DNA from: a virus
Taxonomy: Duplodnaviria; Caudoviricetes
Virus record (IMG/VR): IMGVR_UViG_3300045944_000450
Span: 1-52,465 of that record
Length of the DNA: 52,465 nt
Strand: one strand, 5' to 3'
Made by a program: the position numbers and the translations under genes. A model generated the notes under the pieces. It was not told the DNA's origin, searched no databases, and saw only the letters and a program-made list of their open reading frames with translations. Positions 1 through 9,062 of the stretch are shown here, piece by piece. Within the stretch, counting starts at the first letter, position 1; each line of letters opens with the position of its first letter.

Positions 1-2
1 GT

Positions 3-347
3 ACGGCTTGTAACGCTCTCGACAGCACCACTGAGGCCACGGCGGATACGGCGCTGAGTACACTGGCCGTCAAGGTGATGGGGTTCCGGTGCAAGATCAG
101 TGCGGCGCCCACGAGTACCAACACGGTCACGTTTACCCTGCGCGATAATGCCGCGAATGCCGTGACGACCGACGGCGGGTCGACGACACTGAGTTGTAGC
201 ATCACGGGCACGGCGACGGAGTGTAGGACCGTGGCCGGGACCACCACGAATATCCCGGCAGGGGATCCGGTGTCCATTGCGGCGCTGAGCTCGTATGATG
301 CCAGCACGGCTGACGCACGCTGCGTGGCCCTGGTGGCGTGGCCGTAA
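3..347 (+). CDS. 5'-truncated Thr/Ala-rich, Cys-containing beta-type protein
   Basis: Frame is open from nt 3 (TACNALDSTTEATADTALSTLAVKVM...) to TAA at 347. Confidence 0.7.
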   Translation, partial: TACNALDSTTEATADTALSTLAVKVMGFRCKISAAPTSTNTVTFTLRDNAANAVTTDGGSTTLSCSITGTATECRTVAGTTTNIPAGDPVSIAALSSYDASTADARCVALVAWP

Positions 348-356
348 GGAGGCGTG

Positions 357-569
357 ATGGCCACACCGAAGTCTGCTCCTGTCGAGACCGTGCTGTTACC
401 CTTGGAGCTGACGCCCGCGGCCATCGAAGCCCTGGAGTTGCTCCAGGAAGTCTTACAGACGAATGACCAGCTGTACCGGGTGCTGCGAGCGCAGTTGGCC
501 CGCTGGCAGGGACGGCTCGATGGGCCGCTCACGGATACGCTGGCGGCGCTGGTGGGGCGTGAGGCGTAA
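357..569 (+). CDS. Hypothetical protein
   Basis: AGGAGG RBS directly after the upstream stop; helical ~70-aa ORF. Confidence 0.65.
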   Translation: MATPKSAPVETVLLPLELTPAAIEALELLQEVLQTNDQLYRVLRAQLARWQGRLDGPLTDTLAALVGREA

Positions 570-607
570 CGTGTCGAAAAGAATCAAAGGGAATCAAGGA
601 TAGTCGC

Positions 608-961
608 ATGGCAAACGGACATGGGGGCTATCGTCCCGGTTCCGGGCGCAAGCCTGGGAGTCAACAACAGAATCGGCAAGAAGCCGCGACGTTCTACTAT
701 AGCATTATCAGTGATCCCGCATATCAAGCTCGGATCCGGCGTCAAGCCATTGCGGGGGAGCTGGCGCCCCAACTCGAAACGTTGCTGCATTATTATGCGC
801 TCGGCAAGCCAGTGGATGCCGTTCCGTATGCGGACAAGGCGTTTGTCGATGCGCTGATGACGACGGTGTGGGCCCATGTTACAAACCGCGAGAGCATTGC
901 TGCAATCCAAGGGGTTATTGACGAGTGGTCTGGCGTTACACGCCTCAAGCTCAGCGCGTAA
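608..961 (+). CDS. Putative terminase small subunit
   Basis: N-terminal GGYRPGSGRKPGS motif typical of small DNA-packaging proteins; AAGGA RBS; lies directly upstream of the TerL ATPase. Confidence 0.6.
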   Translation: MANGHGGYRPGSGRKPGSQQQNRQEAATFYYSIISDPAYQARIRRQAIAGELAPQLETLLHYYALGKPVDAVPYADKAFVDALMTTVWAHVTNRESIAAIQGVIDEWSGVTRLKLSA

Positions 962-1880
962 GGCGGGCGCCGCCCAGCCTTACGATGCCCTGGCCCTGAT
1001 GCGCCGGGCAGGCTTGGAGCCCGATCCCTGGCAGGTGCGGGTGGCGACGACGCCGGGCGATCAGTTGCTCTGTTGCCACCGCCAGGCAGGGAAGAGCACG
1101 ATTGTGGCGGCGATTGCCCTGGCGGATGCGTTGGCCGAGCCAGGGGCGTTGATTCTGCTCGTGTCGCCGTCGTTGCGTCAGTCGAGCGAACTGTATCGCA
1201 AGACCAAGCATTTTTACACGCAGGTTCAGCCGATGCGCCTCGTCAAAGATACTGAGCATGAAATGGAACTGGCGAACGGCAGCCGCATTATCAGCCTGCC
1301 TGCCTCAGCAGAAACCATTGTCGGCTATTCGAGTGTTACACGATTGATTCCCGATGAAGCGGCTCGCATCGTCGATCCGACCTACCATGCCTTGAGGCCG
1401 ATGCTTGCCATGAGTGGGGGCAGTATCCTGGCCCTCTCGACGCCCTTTGGCAAGCGCGGCTGGTTTCATGACGCTTGGCAAGGCTCCAGCGCGGAAGAGC
1501 AACCACTGGATGCTGTAACCGTCAATGCCCTCCTGGCGGACGTGGGGATCGTCGTAACGGACGAGCCAGAGGCCCAGCGGCCTGAGCGGGTGTATGGATG
1601 GACCCGGACGAAACTGACCGGCCCCGAGAATGCGCGCCTCAGCAAGCGGTTTCTGGCCAATGAACGGCGGTCGATTCCGGATCTCTATTGGCGATCTGAG
1701 TGGCTCTGTGAGTTTGTGGATACCGGGGAACAAATCTTTACCACGGATGACTTGATGGCGATGTTGTCGGGGGAGGTGGCACCCTTGTTTGATCCTGCTG
1801 ATGTCATGGTCGAGGATGGGCGGGTGCTGCGAGGGGATGTGCAGCCGTTGGGGCTTAGCAGCAATGGCTGGACCCATTAA
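876..1880 (+). CDS. Terminase large subunit, ATPase half (start uncertain, 876-999)
   Basis: PDPWQ Q-motif, Walker A HRQAGKST, SPSLRQS, Walker B LIPDEAA, coupling motif LSTPFG. Confidence 0.9.
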   Translation: MLQTARALLQSKGLLTSGLALHASSSARKAGAAQPYDALALMRRAGLEPDPWQVRVATTPGDQLLCCHRQAGKSTIVAAIALADALAEPGALILLVSPSLRQSSELYRKTKHFYTQVQPMRLVKDTEHEMELANGSRIISLPASAETIVGYSSVTRLIPDEAARIVDPTYHALRPMLAMSGGSILALSTPFGKRGWFHDAWQGSSAEEQPLDAVTVNALLADVGIVVTDEPEAQRPERVYGWTRTKLTGPENARLSKRFLANERRSIPDLYWRSEWLCEFVDTGEQIFTTDDLMAMLSGEVAPLFDPADVMVEDGRVLRGDVQPLGLSSNGWTH

Positions 1881-2608
1881 TGGATACGAGCGCGGCCCTC
1901 TATCGGCCTCCGAAATTCATCGCGGGCCTGGATATTGGACAACAAGTCGATCCCACAGCCCTCTGTATCATGGAGCGGCAGATGCTGCTGGACCAGGGGA
2001 CTCTGGTGCCACGCTTCGATACGCGCTATCTCGAACGCCTGCCGCTGCAAACGCCCTATCCGGTGATGGTCAAGGGCGTGCGGGAACGGTTAGAAAAGCT
2101 GGGTGATCGGGCCGTGCTGGTCATTGATGCGACAGGGGTAGGGCGGGCGGTTACGGATCAGTTTCGTGACGGGTGGCATACGACAGACAGTCTGACAGGC
2201 GAACGCTTGACCTTGCCCGGCAAGCCGACGATTATCGCCCTCACGATCACCAATGCCGAGCATGCCCGATCAGAACGCTGGGATGAGTGGTACGTCCCGA
2301 AACGGGATCTGATTATGACCTTCATGGTGGCCTTGCAACAGCGCCGGTTTCGCGTGGCAGCGGGGTTGAAAGAGGCGGAGATGCTCTTCAAAGAAGGGCA
2401 AGGGTTCCAGTGGAAAGTGAGTAAGGCTGGCAATGATCTGTACGGTGCCTGGCGTGAGGGCCAGCATGATGACTTGCTGCTCGCGTGTGCGATTGCGGTC
2501 TGGTGGGGTGAGCGGTACGCACCGCGGAGTCTGCCCTCGTCGCAGGGGCAGGCGTATGCCATCGGTAGCGGCAATCCGCTCAGGCGGGTGGCAGGGGGGC
2601 GGCGATGA
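1880..2608 (+). CDS. Terminase large subunit, RNase H-like nuclease half
   Basis: IAGLDIGQQVDPTA, LVIDATGVG and HDDLLLA motifs; TAATG stop/start overlap with the ATPase gene. Confidence 0.85.
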   Translation: MDTSAALYRPPKFIAGLDIGQQVDPTALCIMERQMLLDQGTLVPRFDTRYLERLPLQTPYPVMVKGVRERLEKLGDRAVLVIDATGVGRAVTDQFRDGWHTTDSLTGERLTLPGKPTIIALTITNAEHARSERWDEWYVPKRDLIMTFMVALQQRRFRVAAGLKEAEMLFKEGQGFQWKVSKAGNDLYGAWREGQHDDLLLACAIAVWWGERYAPRSLPSSQGQAYAIGSGNPLRRVAGGRR

Positions 2609-2952
2609 GTGCGGATACCAAAAGTGCCACGCTCCACAGTGCGGCGAGTACGGGCAATGGGACGGCGCTGGAGGTGACCGGCTATGGCGTCGTGGGTCTG
2701 GGGATTGTGGGCTCGGCCGGGGCGGATCGCGTGGTCAATTTTGAGGCGAGTCAGGATGGCACGACTTACGTGGCCATCCAGGCCACGAATGCGGCCACGG
2801 GGACGGCAGCTCTGACGGCCACGGTGACGGGCACGACGGCGCAACTGTGGCGGATGGCGGTTGGGGGGTTCCGACTCGTGCGGGCGCGGCTCAGTGGGGG
2901 CACGACGGGGACGGTCACGATCACTGCAACCGCGCTAGAAGGAGTGATGTAG
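2605..2952 (+). CDS. Small Gly/Ala/Thr-rich beta protein, probably virion-associated
   Basis: ATGA overlap with the upstream gene; beta-strand-like composition. Confidence 0.6.
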   Translation: MSADTKSATLHSAASTGNGTALEVTGYGVVGLGIVGSAGADRVVNFEASQDGTTYVAIQATNAATGTAALTATVTGTTAQLWRMAVGGFRLVRARLSGGTTGTVTITATALEGVM

Positions 2953-2953
2953 C

Positions 2954-3277
2954 ATGGGCGAACGACGGAATATGCCAGCGGAGGACACGGCGCCACCGGC
3001 GGACGACAAGGCGATGTCACCCAAAGCGGCGATGACCACCGCAGCGTTAGCGGAGGCGGTCAAGCTGGTGGATCAGGAGTTGGACCGGCAGTGTCGGGTG
3101 TATGACGCGGCGCATGCCGTGCGAGCGTGCGTGGGTGCCAGTATCCAGGCCGTCATTGCCGAGTGCCAGGCGCTTGACGCGCGCAAGGCCGCGCTCCAGG
3201 CCGAGGTTGCCACGCTTCAGGCGCAACTGGGTGACCTGAAGGAGAGCGTGGGGAAAGCGCGCGGGAGTAAGGCGTAA
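2954..3277 (+). CDS. Hypothetical coiled-coil protein
   Basis: GGAG RBS; heptad-like C-terminus. Confidence 0.6.
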   Translation: MGERRNMPAEDTAPPADDKAMSPKAAMTTAALAEAVKLVDQELDRQCRVYDAAHAVRACVGASIQAVIAECQALDARKAALQAEVATLQAQLGDLKESVGKARGSKA

Positions 3278-3321
3278 ATGGCGGAGGCGACACGGGCAGC
3301 ACGGGGCAGGCGAGGACATCG

Positions 3322-3555
3322 ATGGTGGACTCTTTACGGCTGACGTCGTTGAATGGCGAGCGTCTGGCGCGAGAACCGTTGTGCTTTACGGTGTGCCGCA
3401 TCCAGGCGTTGCATCAGGTGTGGAAGCCCCACGTCATCATCATTGATGCGTCGTATGGCACGAGCGAGGACACGGCTATTCTGGCGTTGTATCTGCAGGA
3501 GGCGGGGGTGGAGGTCGAGCTACGCCATGGGTCAGCGTGCGAGGATGCCGCGTAA
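3322..3555 (+). CDS. Hypothetical protein
   Basis: GAGGA RBS; stop overlaps the portal ATG (TAATG). Confidence 0.55.
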   Translation: MVDSLRLTSLNGERLAREPLCFTVCRIQALHQVWKPHVIIIDASYGTSEDTAILALYLQEAGVEVELRHGSACEDAA

Positions 3556-5252
3556 TGGCTGAGGCAACCTTAGCGCCACGCATGCGCAGTGAGCGACGAG
3601 CCATACATGGCCAGGCCGATGAGCTGGCGCGGCGCTATGAGGCGCTGAAGCAGCAGCGGAGTACCTGGGATTTCGATTTCCAGGATATTGTTCGTTTGCT
3701 GATCCCAGGCCATGACGACATCATTGAACTCCATGATCCCGGCCAGTCACGGACGGAACATATCTTTGACGGCCATCCCTTGCGGGCGCCACAAATTCTC
3801 GCCTCGAATATGATGTCGGCGGTCACCAACCAGGCTTTGCAATGGCGCAGGCTCAAATTCCGCGACGAGGCGCTGAACGAGACGCAGGCCGTGAACCAGT
3901 GGCTCCATGCCTGTGATACGCGGCTCATGGCGGCCTACAGTTCGAGCAACTTCTATCAGGCGGCGCACACGTATTACCTGAATCTGGGCGGCTTTGGCAC
4001 GGCGGCCATGTATGCCGGGAGTCGGCTCGGGACGGATGGGACGCATCTCCACTTTAAGACGCTCCCGACAGGCTCGTATGTCATTGCCGAAAATGCCGAT
4101 GGGCTGGTGGATACCTTGTTCCGAGAGCTGTGGCTGACGCCGCGCCAGGCGCTTCAGATGTTCGGGGGCGAGTGCAGTGTCAAGATGCGCGAGATGGCGG
4201 ACAAAGCCGACTTGGTGGATAAGCAGCAGAAGTTCCTGCACTGCGTCTACCCTCGGCAGGACCGTAACCCGGCGCGCTATGATAACCAGCATATGCCGTA
4301 TGCGGGCGTGTATCTCGAACTGGACCAGAAGCACATCTGTGATGAGACAGGATTCCAGGAATTTCCCTATCTCGTGTCGCGGTGGGAAACGTTATCACGG
4401 GCGCCCTATGGCTACGGGCCAGGCCATCTGGCGTTGCCTGATGTGCGCATGCTCAACGCCCTGCGCGAGTTGCATCTGCAACAGTTGGCGCTGTGGGTCC
4501 AGCCGCCGCTCAAGGCGCTGCAAGAAGGGATTATCGGCAACATTAGCCTGGAATCGCGGGCGGTCAACGTCGTGCGCCAGATGGATGCGTTGCAACCGAT
4601 GGATCTGACGGGTCGCCCCGATCTGGTGCAGATTGACCAGGCGGACTTGCGCCGGAGTATCGATGATACGTTCTTCGTGACGGCGCTCCAGGCGTTGCCG
4701 CCGCCCGATGCGAGCAACATGACGGCCTACGAAGTGGCGCAGCGGATCGAACTGATGACGCGCCTCATGGGGCCGGTGTTCTATCGCCTGCTGGCGGAGT
4801 TCCTGAATCCCTTAGAAGATCGCGTGTTTGGCATTGCCTGGCGGGCTGGTGCCTTGCCGCCTCCCCCGATGGAAGTCTGGGAGGCGGCACGCACCACGAA
4901 CGGGCAACTGGATGTCGATTACGATGGTCCCTTAGCGCGGGCGCAGCGGGGCGATGATATTAAGGCGATTCAGGGCATGGTGGGGCTCGGGTCGCAGATC
5001 GTGGCGATGGCGCAGAGTGCCGACATTCTTGATAATCTCGACTGGGATGAAAATTTCCGCCATGCTGCTGAGGTCCAAGGGATTCCTCGGGCCTACATCC
5101 GGGATATGCGGGAGGTGGTGAAGATGCGCGCAGCCCGGGCGCAACAGGCCGCCGCCTTGCAACAGGCGCAGATGCAGAACGAAAGCCTGACGGCCATGGG
5201 CCGGGTGGCCCCGCTGATTGATACGATGCAGCAACAGCCGATGGCAGCGTAG
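3555..5252 (+). CDS. Portal (head-to-tail connector), T7 gp8-type
   Basis: 565 aa; motifs SNFY, FGTAAMY, PYLVSRW...YGYGP, MTAYEVAQR...LMGPV, GPLARAQ. Confidence 0.93.
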   Translation: MAEATLAPRMRSERRAIHGQADELARRYEALKQQRSTWDFDFQDIVRLLIPGHDDIIELHDPGQSRTEHIFDGHPLRAPQILASNMMSAVTNQALQWRRLKFRDEALNETQAVNQWLHACDTRLMAAYSSSNFYQAAHTYYLNLGGFGTAAMYAGSRLGTDGTHLHFKTLPTGSYVIAENADGLVDTLFRELWLTPRQALQMFGGECSVKMREMADKADLVDKQQKFLHCVYPRQDRNPARYDNQHMPYAGVYLELDQKHICDETGFQEFPYLVSRWETLSRAPYGYGPGHLALPDVRMLNALRELHLQQLALWVQPPLKALQEGIIGNISLESRAVNVVRQMDALQPMDLTGRPDLVQIDQADLRRSIDDTFFVTALQALPPPDASNMTAYEVAQRIELMTRLMGPVFYRLLAEFLNPLEDRVFGIAWRAGALPPPPMEVWEAARTTNGQLDVDYDGPLARAQRGDDIKAIQGMVGLGSQIVAMAQSADILDNLDWDENFRHAAEVQGIPRAYIRDMREVVKMRAARAQQAAALQQAQMQNESLTAMGRVAPLIDTMQQQPMAA

Positions 5253-5263
5253 GGGAGACGGCT

Positions 5264-5518
5264 ATGGCCGAGGCGCATGATTATAGTGTCGCCCTGGAAG
5301 TCGTGACGGATATGCGGCAGCAACTGGCCGAACTCATCGAGAACTTTGTTGCGGCGCTGGCCGATGGCCAGGTGTCGCCGATCGAAGGGATTCGGCTCGG
5401 CATGAAGGGCTTGACCTTTGGGACGGCGATCTTGACGTTGCTCCGGGATACGGATGCGGCGATCCAGCAGGACGTGCTCTATGTGCTCGAACATGCCGTC
5501 TTGACGGTGCCGGAGTAA
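5264..5518 (+). CDS. Hypothetical protein
   Basis: GGGGAG RBS; closely packed in the operon. Confidence 0.65.
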   Translation: MAEAHDYSVALEVVTDMRQQLAELIENFVAALADGQVSPIEGIRLGMKGLTFGTAILTLLRDTDAAIQQDVLYVLEHAVLTVPE

Positions 5519-5523
5519 GGCGT

Positions 5524-5811
5524 ATGGCGTCACGCATCCCGCTGGGGCGCGCGCTGGCGGCGCTGGCGCAGGCGGACAGTCGGGAGAGCCGGGGGGAAGC
5601 CCAGACTCGGCGTGAGGCGACGCTGGCCGCGTATGCCTGGTTGGAGCGCCAGCCGCAAGGCGAATTGATTCTGGAAGACTTGGCGCTGCGGCTGACGACG
5701 CCGTGCGAGTCGCTGTATGACGAAGGTGGGCGACGGTTGGTCCTGACGATCTTTCAGGCGATTGCGGATGGCAAGAAGGTGCAAGAACGGGGGAGCGATG
5801 GACGCGCGTGA
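5524..5811 (+). CDS. Small conserved podovirus protein found downstream of portals (Bbp19-like)
   Basis: GELILEDL...YDEGGRRLVLTI pattern and position between portal and scaffold. Confidence 0.6.
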   Translation: MASRIPLGRALAALAQADSRESRGEAQTRREATLAAYAWLERQPQGELILEDLALRLTTPCESLYDEGGRRLVLTIFQAIADGKKVQERGSDGRA

Positions 5812-6070
5812 GACCCTGCTGGCGCAGGAGCCAGCGCCCACGATTGTGATTCACTGCGAGAAACAACCCATTCCCGGGCCGGCGGGTGCGTTTCAGTTGC
5901 TCCCGCGCGTGTCGTTTACCAATATGCCGGGCGGGTGGGAGACGACGTTGAAGATGCTCATGCAAGCGACGGGGCTGGTCGTGCAGGAGATGCTGACGCA
6001 GGCCCGGCACGAGGGCGAGCGGCGCATTGCCGTGGTGCCAGGCTTGCCAGGGGATCTGGTGCGGCACTAG
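5798..6070 (+). CDS. Hypothetical protein
   Basis: GGGGAG RBS before ATG 5798; overlaps the upstream stop. Confidence 0.6.
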   Translation: MDARETLLAQEPAPTIVIHCEKQPIPGPAGAFQLLPRVSFTNMPGGWETTLKMLMQATGLVVQEMLTQARHEGERRIAVVPGLPGDLVRH

Positions 6071-6156
6071 GACGATGTAAAGACTGTTAGCGTAGAACAC
6101 AACCGCATATCGGCGTCACTTGTCCCTAGCTAAGACGAGGGGCGCAAAGAGCTATG

Positions 6157-6195
6157 GCGCTATTCCTGTGACAGGGCGGGGATAGCGCTTTTTTT
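6157..6195 (+). terminator. Rho-independent terminator between packaging and head genes
   Basis: 13-bp stem GCGCTATTCCTGT/GCGGGGATAGCGC (with G-U pairs) followed by T7. Confidence 0.75.
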
Positions 6196-6250
6196 GTGCC
6201 CACGACGCCGGTTACAGGCGCAGGAGTCCAGTGTGATGCGATGGTCCGCG

Positions 6251-7210
6251 ATGATGGCAGAGACAGGGGCAGAGGGTGCCGGGAGTGGGGGCAGTGGTGC
6301 GACGGGCGCCGAGGGCAGCGTGCTCACGCCGGGTGCTGGCGCTGACCCCGGGAGCGGTCGCACCCTGCTGGATGAAGGGGGCACCGGGAACCTTCTCGAC
6401 TGGCGTAGTGGGTTGCCCGACAACTTACGCAGCGCGCCCATTATCCAGCAGCACCTGACCCAGGAGAGTGCCGCCAAGACGCTCGTGGCGCAGGCCGAGA
6501 TGATTGGACGCGGGATTTACCTCCCCAAAGAAGAGCCGGGCACCGAGGCGCACACCGCCGGCATGCAAAAGATTTACGACAAGCTCGGGCGCCCTGCATC
6601 GTCCGACCAGTATGCGTTCACGCTGCCGGAAGGCCGCACCATGGATGGCGAGGTGCAAGGCCGCCTGGCCAAGGCGTTCTATGCTCATGGCCTCAGCCAG
6701 GCCCAGGTGGATGGCGTGATGGCGGAATACTGGCGCACCGTGCAGTATGCGGAAAATATCCAGGAAGGCCGCGAACAAGACAGCTATCAGAGCGGGCGCA
6801 ACGCCCTGTATGCCGAGTTTGGGGCCAATACGGAGCGGGAGATGACCCTGGCGCAACGCTTCGTCGAGCATTTTGGGGCCGGGGCCTTCAGTGGCGAGGC
6901 AGGAAGCAAGGCGTGGGAGCAAATCCGGGACGCGCGGACCGCGGATGGCGCGCGGCTCATTAACTCACCCTATCTGGTTGCCACGTTTGCCGAGGCCATG
7001 CGGCGGCTGGGCGAAGGCGATTTTATCGAGAGCAGCTTCTATCAGCCCGGCCAGAACACGATGCAGACGATGGAGACACGGCAGAAAGAGCTCACGGCCA
7101 AGCGGCACGCGCCTGGGGGCTTGTCGGAGCCGGAGCAGGCCGAGCTGATGCGTTTAAACCAACAGATTGTGGCCGCACGGGACCGCCAGGAGCGGGGGCG
7201 GGCGGCCTAG
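6251..7210 (+). CDS. Capsid assembly (scaffolding) protein
   Basis: Low-complexity N-terminus, WRSGLPDNLR and YDKLGRP...YAF motifs; lies immediately before the major capsid gene. Confidence 0.75.
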   Translation: MMAETGAEGAGSGGSGATGAEGSVLTPGAGADPGSGRTLLDEGGTGNLLDWRSGLPDNLRSAPIIQQHLTQESAAKTLVAQAEMIGRGIYLPKEEPGTEAHTAGMQKIYDKLGRPASSDQYAFTLPEGRTMDGEVQGRLAKAFYAHGLSQAQVDGVMAEYWRTVQYAENIQEGREQDSYQSGRNALYAEFGANTEREMTLAQRFVEHFGAGAFSGEAGSKAWEQIRDARTADGARLINSPYLVATFAEAMRRLGEGDFIESSFYQPGQNTMQTMETRQKELTAKRHAPGGLSEPEQAELMRLNQQIVAARDRQERGRAA

Positions 7211-7216
7211 ACATGT

Positions 7217-7357
7217 GCCTGACAATCTCTCTGTGCGAGAGACCAGGCTACTCCACGGTAAGACGTGGCGAACGTGGCGCGAGAGGCCCACAGGAGGGAC
7301 GGAATCTACGACAACCCTCCGCTGAGCCAGGAACCTTAGTCCTCAAGGATTAAGGCT
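7217..7357 (+). promoter_or_regulatory. Multi-hairpin leader of the major capsid gene
   Basis: Stems 7217-7248, 7253-7268, 7293-7320 and 7334-7355; the last sequesters the TAAGG RBS. Confidence 0.5.
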
Positions 7358-8308
7358 ATGCCGAACAATGGACCCAATGATGCCTTAGTTCTCCAGTTCG
7401 AATCAGATTATGACCATCTGTTCCAGCAGCAGATGGCTCGCCTGCAAAACTCGGTCCGTGTCAAGGATGGCGTGACCGGGACGATGGCTGCCTTCGGCCT
7501 CCTGGGCGAGTCGGAAGTGACGGACATTACCGGCGAGCGCCATGGCGAAACGCATTTCCATGATAGTCCCTCGTATCGGCGCTGGGCCGTGAAGGGCGAT
7601 TATGAAGATGCGCAGATGCTCGACGAAGAAGATGCGATGGAGATGCTCATTGATCTGGAAATGGGTTATGGGCAAAACGCCGTAATGGCGATGAACCGCA
7701 AGGTCGATAAGGTCATTATCGACGCCGTGACGGCTACGGCCACGAGCGGTGCGACGGGCACAGGCACGAGCGTCTATAACACGGCAGACGCCCTGGTCGA
7801 TGGCACCGGGGGTAATCAGGTGCCGCTCAATGCCTCGGGCCTCGCCATCGACAAGATGCGACACGCCCGCGCGGTGTTCGATGCGCGCGAAGTGGGCACC
7901 GACGAAATGGCGATGGGGATGACCAATTTTACCTGGATCACCAATGCGGCGGGCCACAAGAACCTGCTCGAACAAACGGAAGCCACGTCCACGGATTACC
8001 TGGGCGTGATCGTCGTGAACGGCAGCGAGCGCACCAGCCGCATGCCGCTCGTCAATGGCCGCATCGAGCAGTATATGGGCTTTCGCATCCAGATTAGCAA
8101 CCAGCTCAATACGTCCGGCGGCAACTTCGTCAACCTGGCGTTTCATCACCGGGCGATGGGCCTGGCGCGCTGGCGCGGGCGCCGCATCTGGGTGGGCGAC
8201 TTGCCGACACGCCACCTGGCACGCGGCGTGATTGTCAAGGAACACTTTGGGGCCGTCCGCGTGCACGACCGTGGCGTATTGTCGATTCTGTGCCAGGCAG
8301 CCCTGTAA
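7358..8308 (+). CDS. Major capsid protein
   Basis: 316 aa; VLQF...LFQQQMARL, AMNRKVDKVIIDA, STDY, LVNGRIEQYMGF and GAVRV patterns of podovirus HK97-fold capsid proteins. Confidence 0.88.
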   Translation: MPNNGPNDALVLQFESDYDHLFQQQMARLQNSVRVKDGVTGTMAAFGLLGESEVTDITGERHGETHFHDSPSYRRWAVKGDYEDAQMLDEEDAMEMLIDLEMGYGQNAVMAMNRKVDKVIIDAVTATATSGATGTGTSVYNTADALVDGTGGNQVPLNASGLAIDKMRHARAVFDAREVGTDEMAMGMTNFTWITNAAGHKNLLEQTEATSTDYLGVIVVNGSERTSRMPLVNGRIEQYMGFRIQISNQLNTSGGNFVNLAFHHRAMGLARWRGRRIWVGDLPTRHLARGVIVKEHFGAVRVHDRGVLSILCQAAL

Positions 8309-8377
8309 TAGCTTACTGCCCTTCAGGAGGGCCGCGACGTGCCTGCGGGCGACGGGCGGTCCTGAAAGGATTGCGTG

Positions 8378-8872
8378 ATGGCGGAGACCTATAGTACCCA
8401 GTATGCTAATGCCTTTATTAGTAGTCCAAGAGGTAATAACTACGCCTATGGTCGAGCGCAGCGTCCCTTTGACTTTGATTATGTGCAAGTCGCGACGGGC
8501 ACGGCGGGCGATACCATTCTCCTCGCCAAGCTGCCGCCGCATAGCACCGTGGATATGTACCGCTCGTGGTTTGCGTGGTCGGGGTGGACCTCGGGCGCCA
8601 CGCTGAGTATTGGCTGGCAAGCGTATACCGATGAAGATGGAGCTGTGCAGGCCCTCAGTGCGGCGGGCTTGCTCAGTGCGGTGTCCCTGACGGCGGATGG
8701 GGCGTGGGCGCATGGAATGCTCGTAGTCGCTACGCCTGACGATAGTAACCCGGTGGTGGGGCGCAAGGTGTTTAACAACCGTACTGCTGTGACGTTGTAT
8801 GCGACAGTGGGGAGTCAGGCTCCAGGCGCGGCGGATATTCTCAATGGATCGTTTGCAGTGCAGACCGCGTAG
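8378..8872 (+). CDS. Probable capsid decoration/cement protein
   Basis: Follows the capsid gene; AGDTILLAKLP...ATLSIGW beta-sandwich pattern. Confidence 0.6.
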   Translation: MAETYSTQYANAFISSPRGNNYAYGRAQRPFDFDYVQVATGTAGDTILLAKLPPHSTVDMYRSWFAWSGWTSGATLSIGWQAYTDEDGAVQALSAAGLLSAVSLTADGAWAHGMLVVATPDDSNPVVGRKVFNNRTAVTLYATVGSQAPGAADILNGSFAVQTA

Positions 8873-8917
8873 GCTGAGAGGGGGAGTCTGCGGGCTCCTC
8901 CTGGTGAGGGGGCGGAT

Positions 8918-9061
8918 ATGCTGACCGTCTTTCTGCTCTTAGCGCTCGCGGCGTTTGTGTGTGCCGTGCTGTCGGGCATGGGGTATCCACCGCCTGTCTG
9001 GGTGGCTGTGCTCCTCCTGTGTATCATCGAGCTGATGCGGGCGCTGCCGCTCGGGAGATAG
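8918..9061 (+). CDS. 47-aa two-helix membrane protein (absent from the ORF track)
   Basis: GAGGGGG RBS; MLTVFLLLALAAFVCAVLSGMGYPPPVWVAVLLLCIIELMRALPLGR; ends 1 nt before the next ATG. Confidence 0.7.
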   Translation: MLTVFLLLALAAFVCAVLSGMGYPPPVWVAVLLLCIIELMRALPLGR

Positions 9062-9062
9062 C

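Noticed and set aside
3322-3555. Response-regulator receiver domain (KPHVIIID)
   Set aside because: Too short and lacks the other conserved receiver residues
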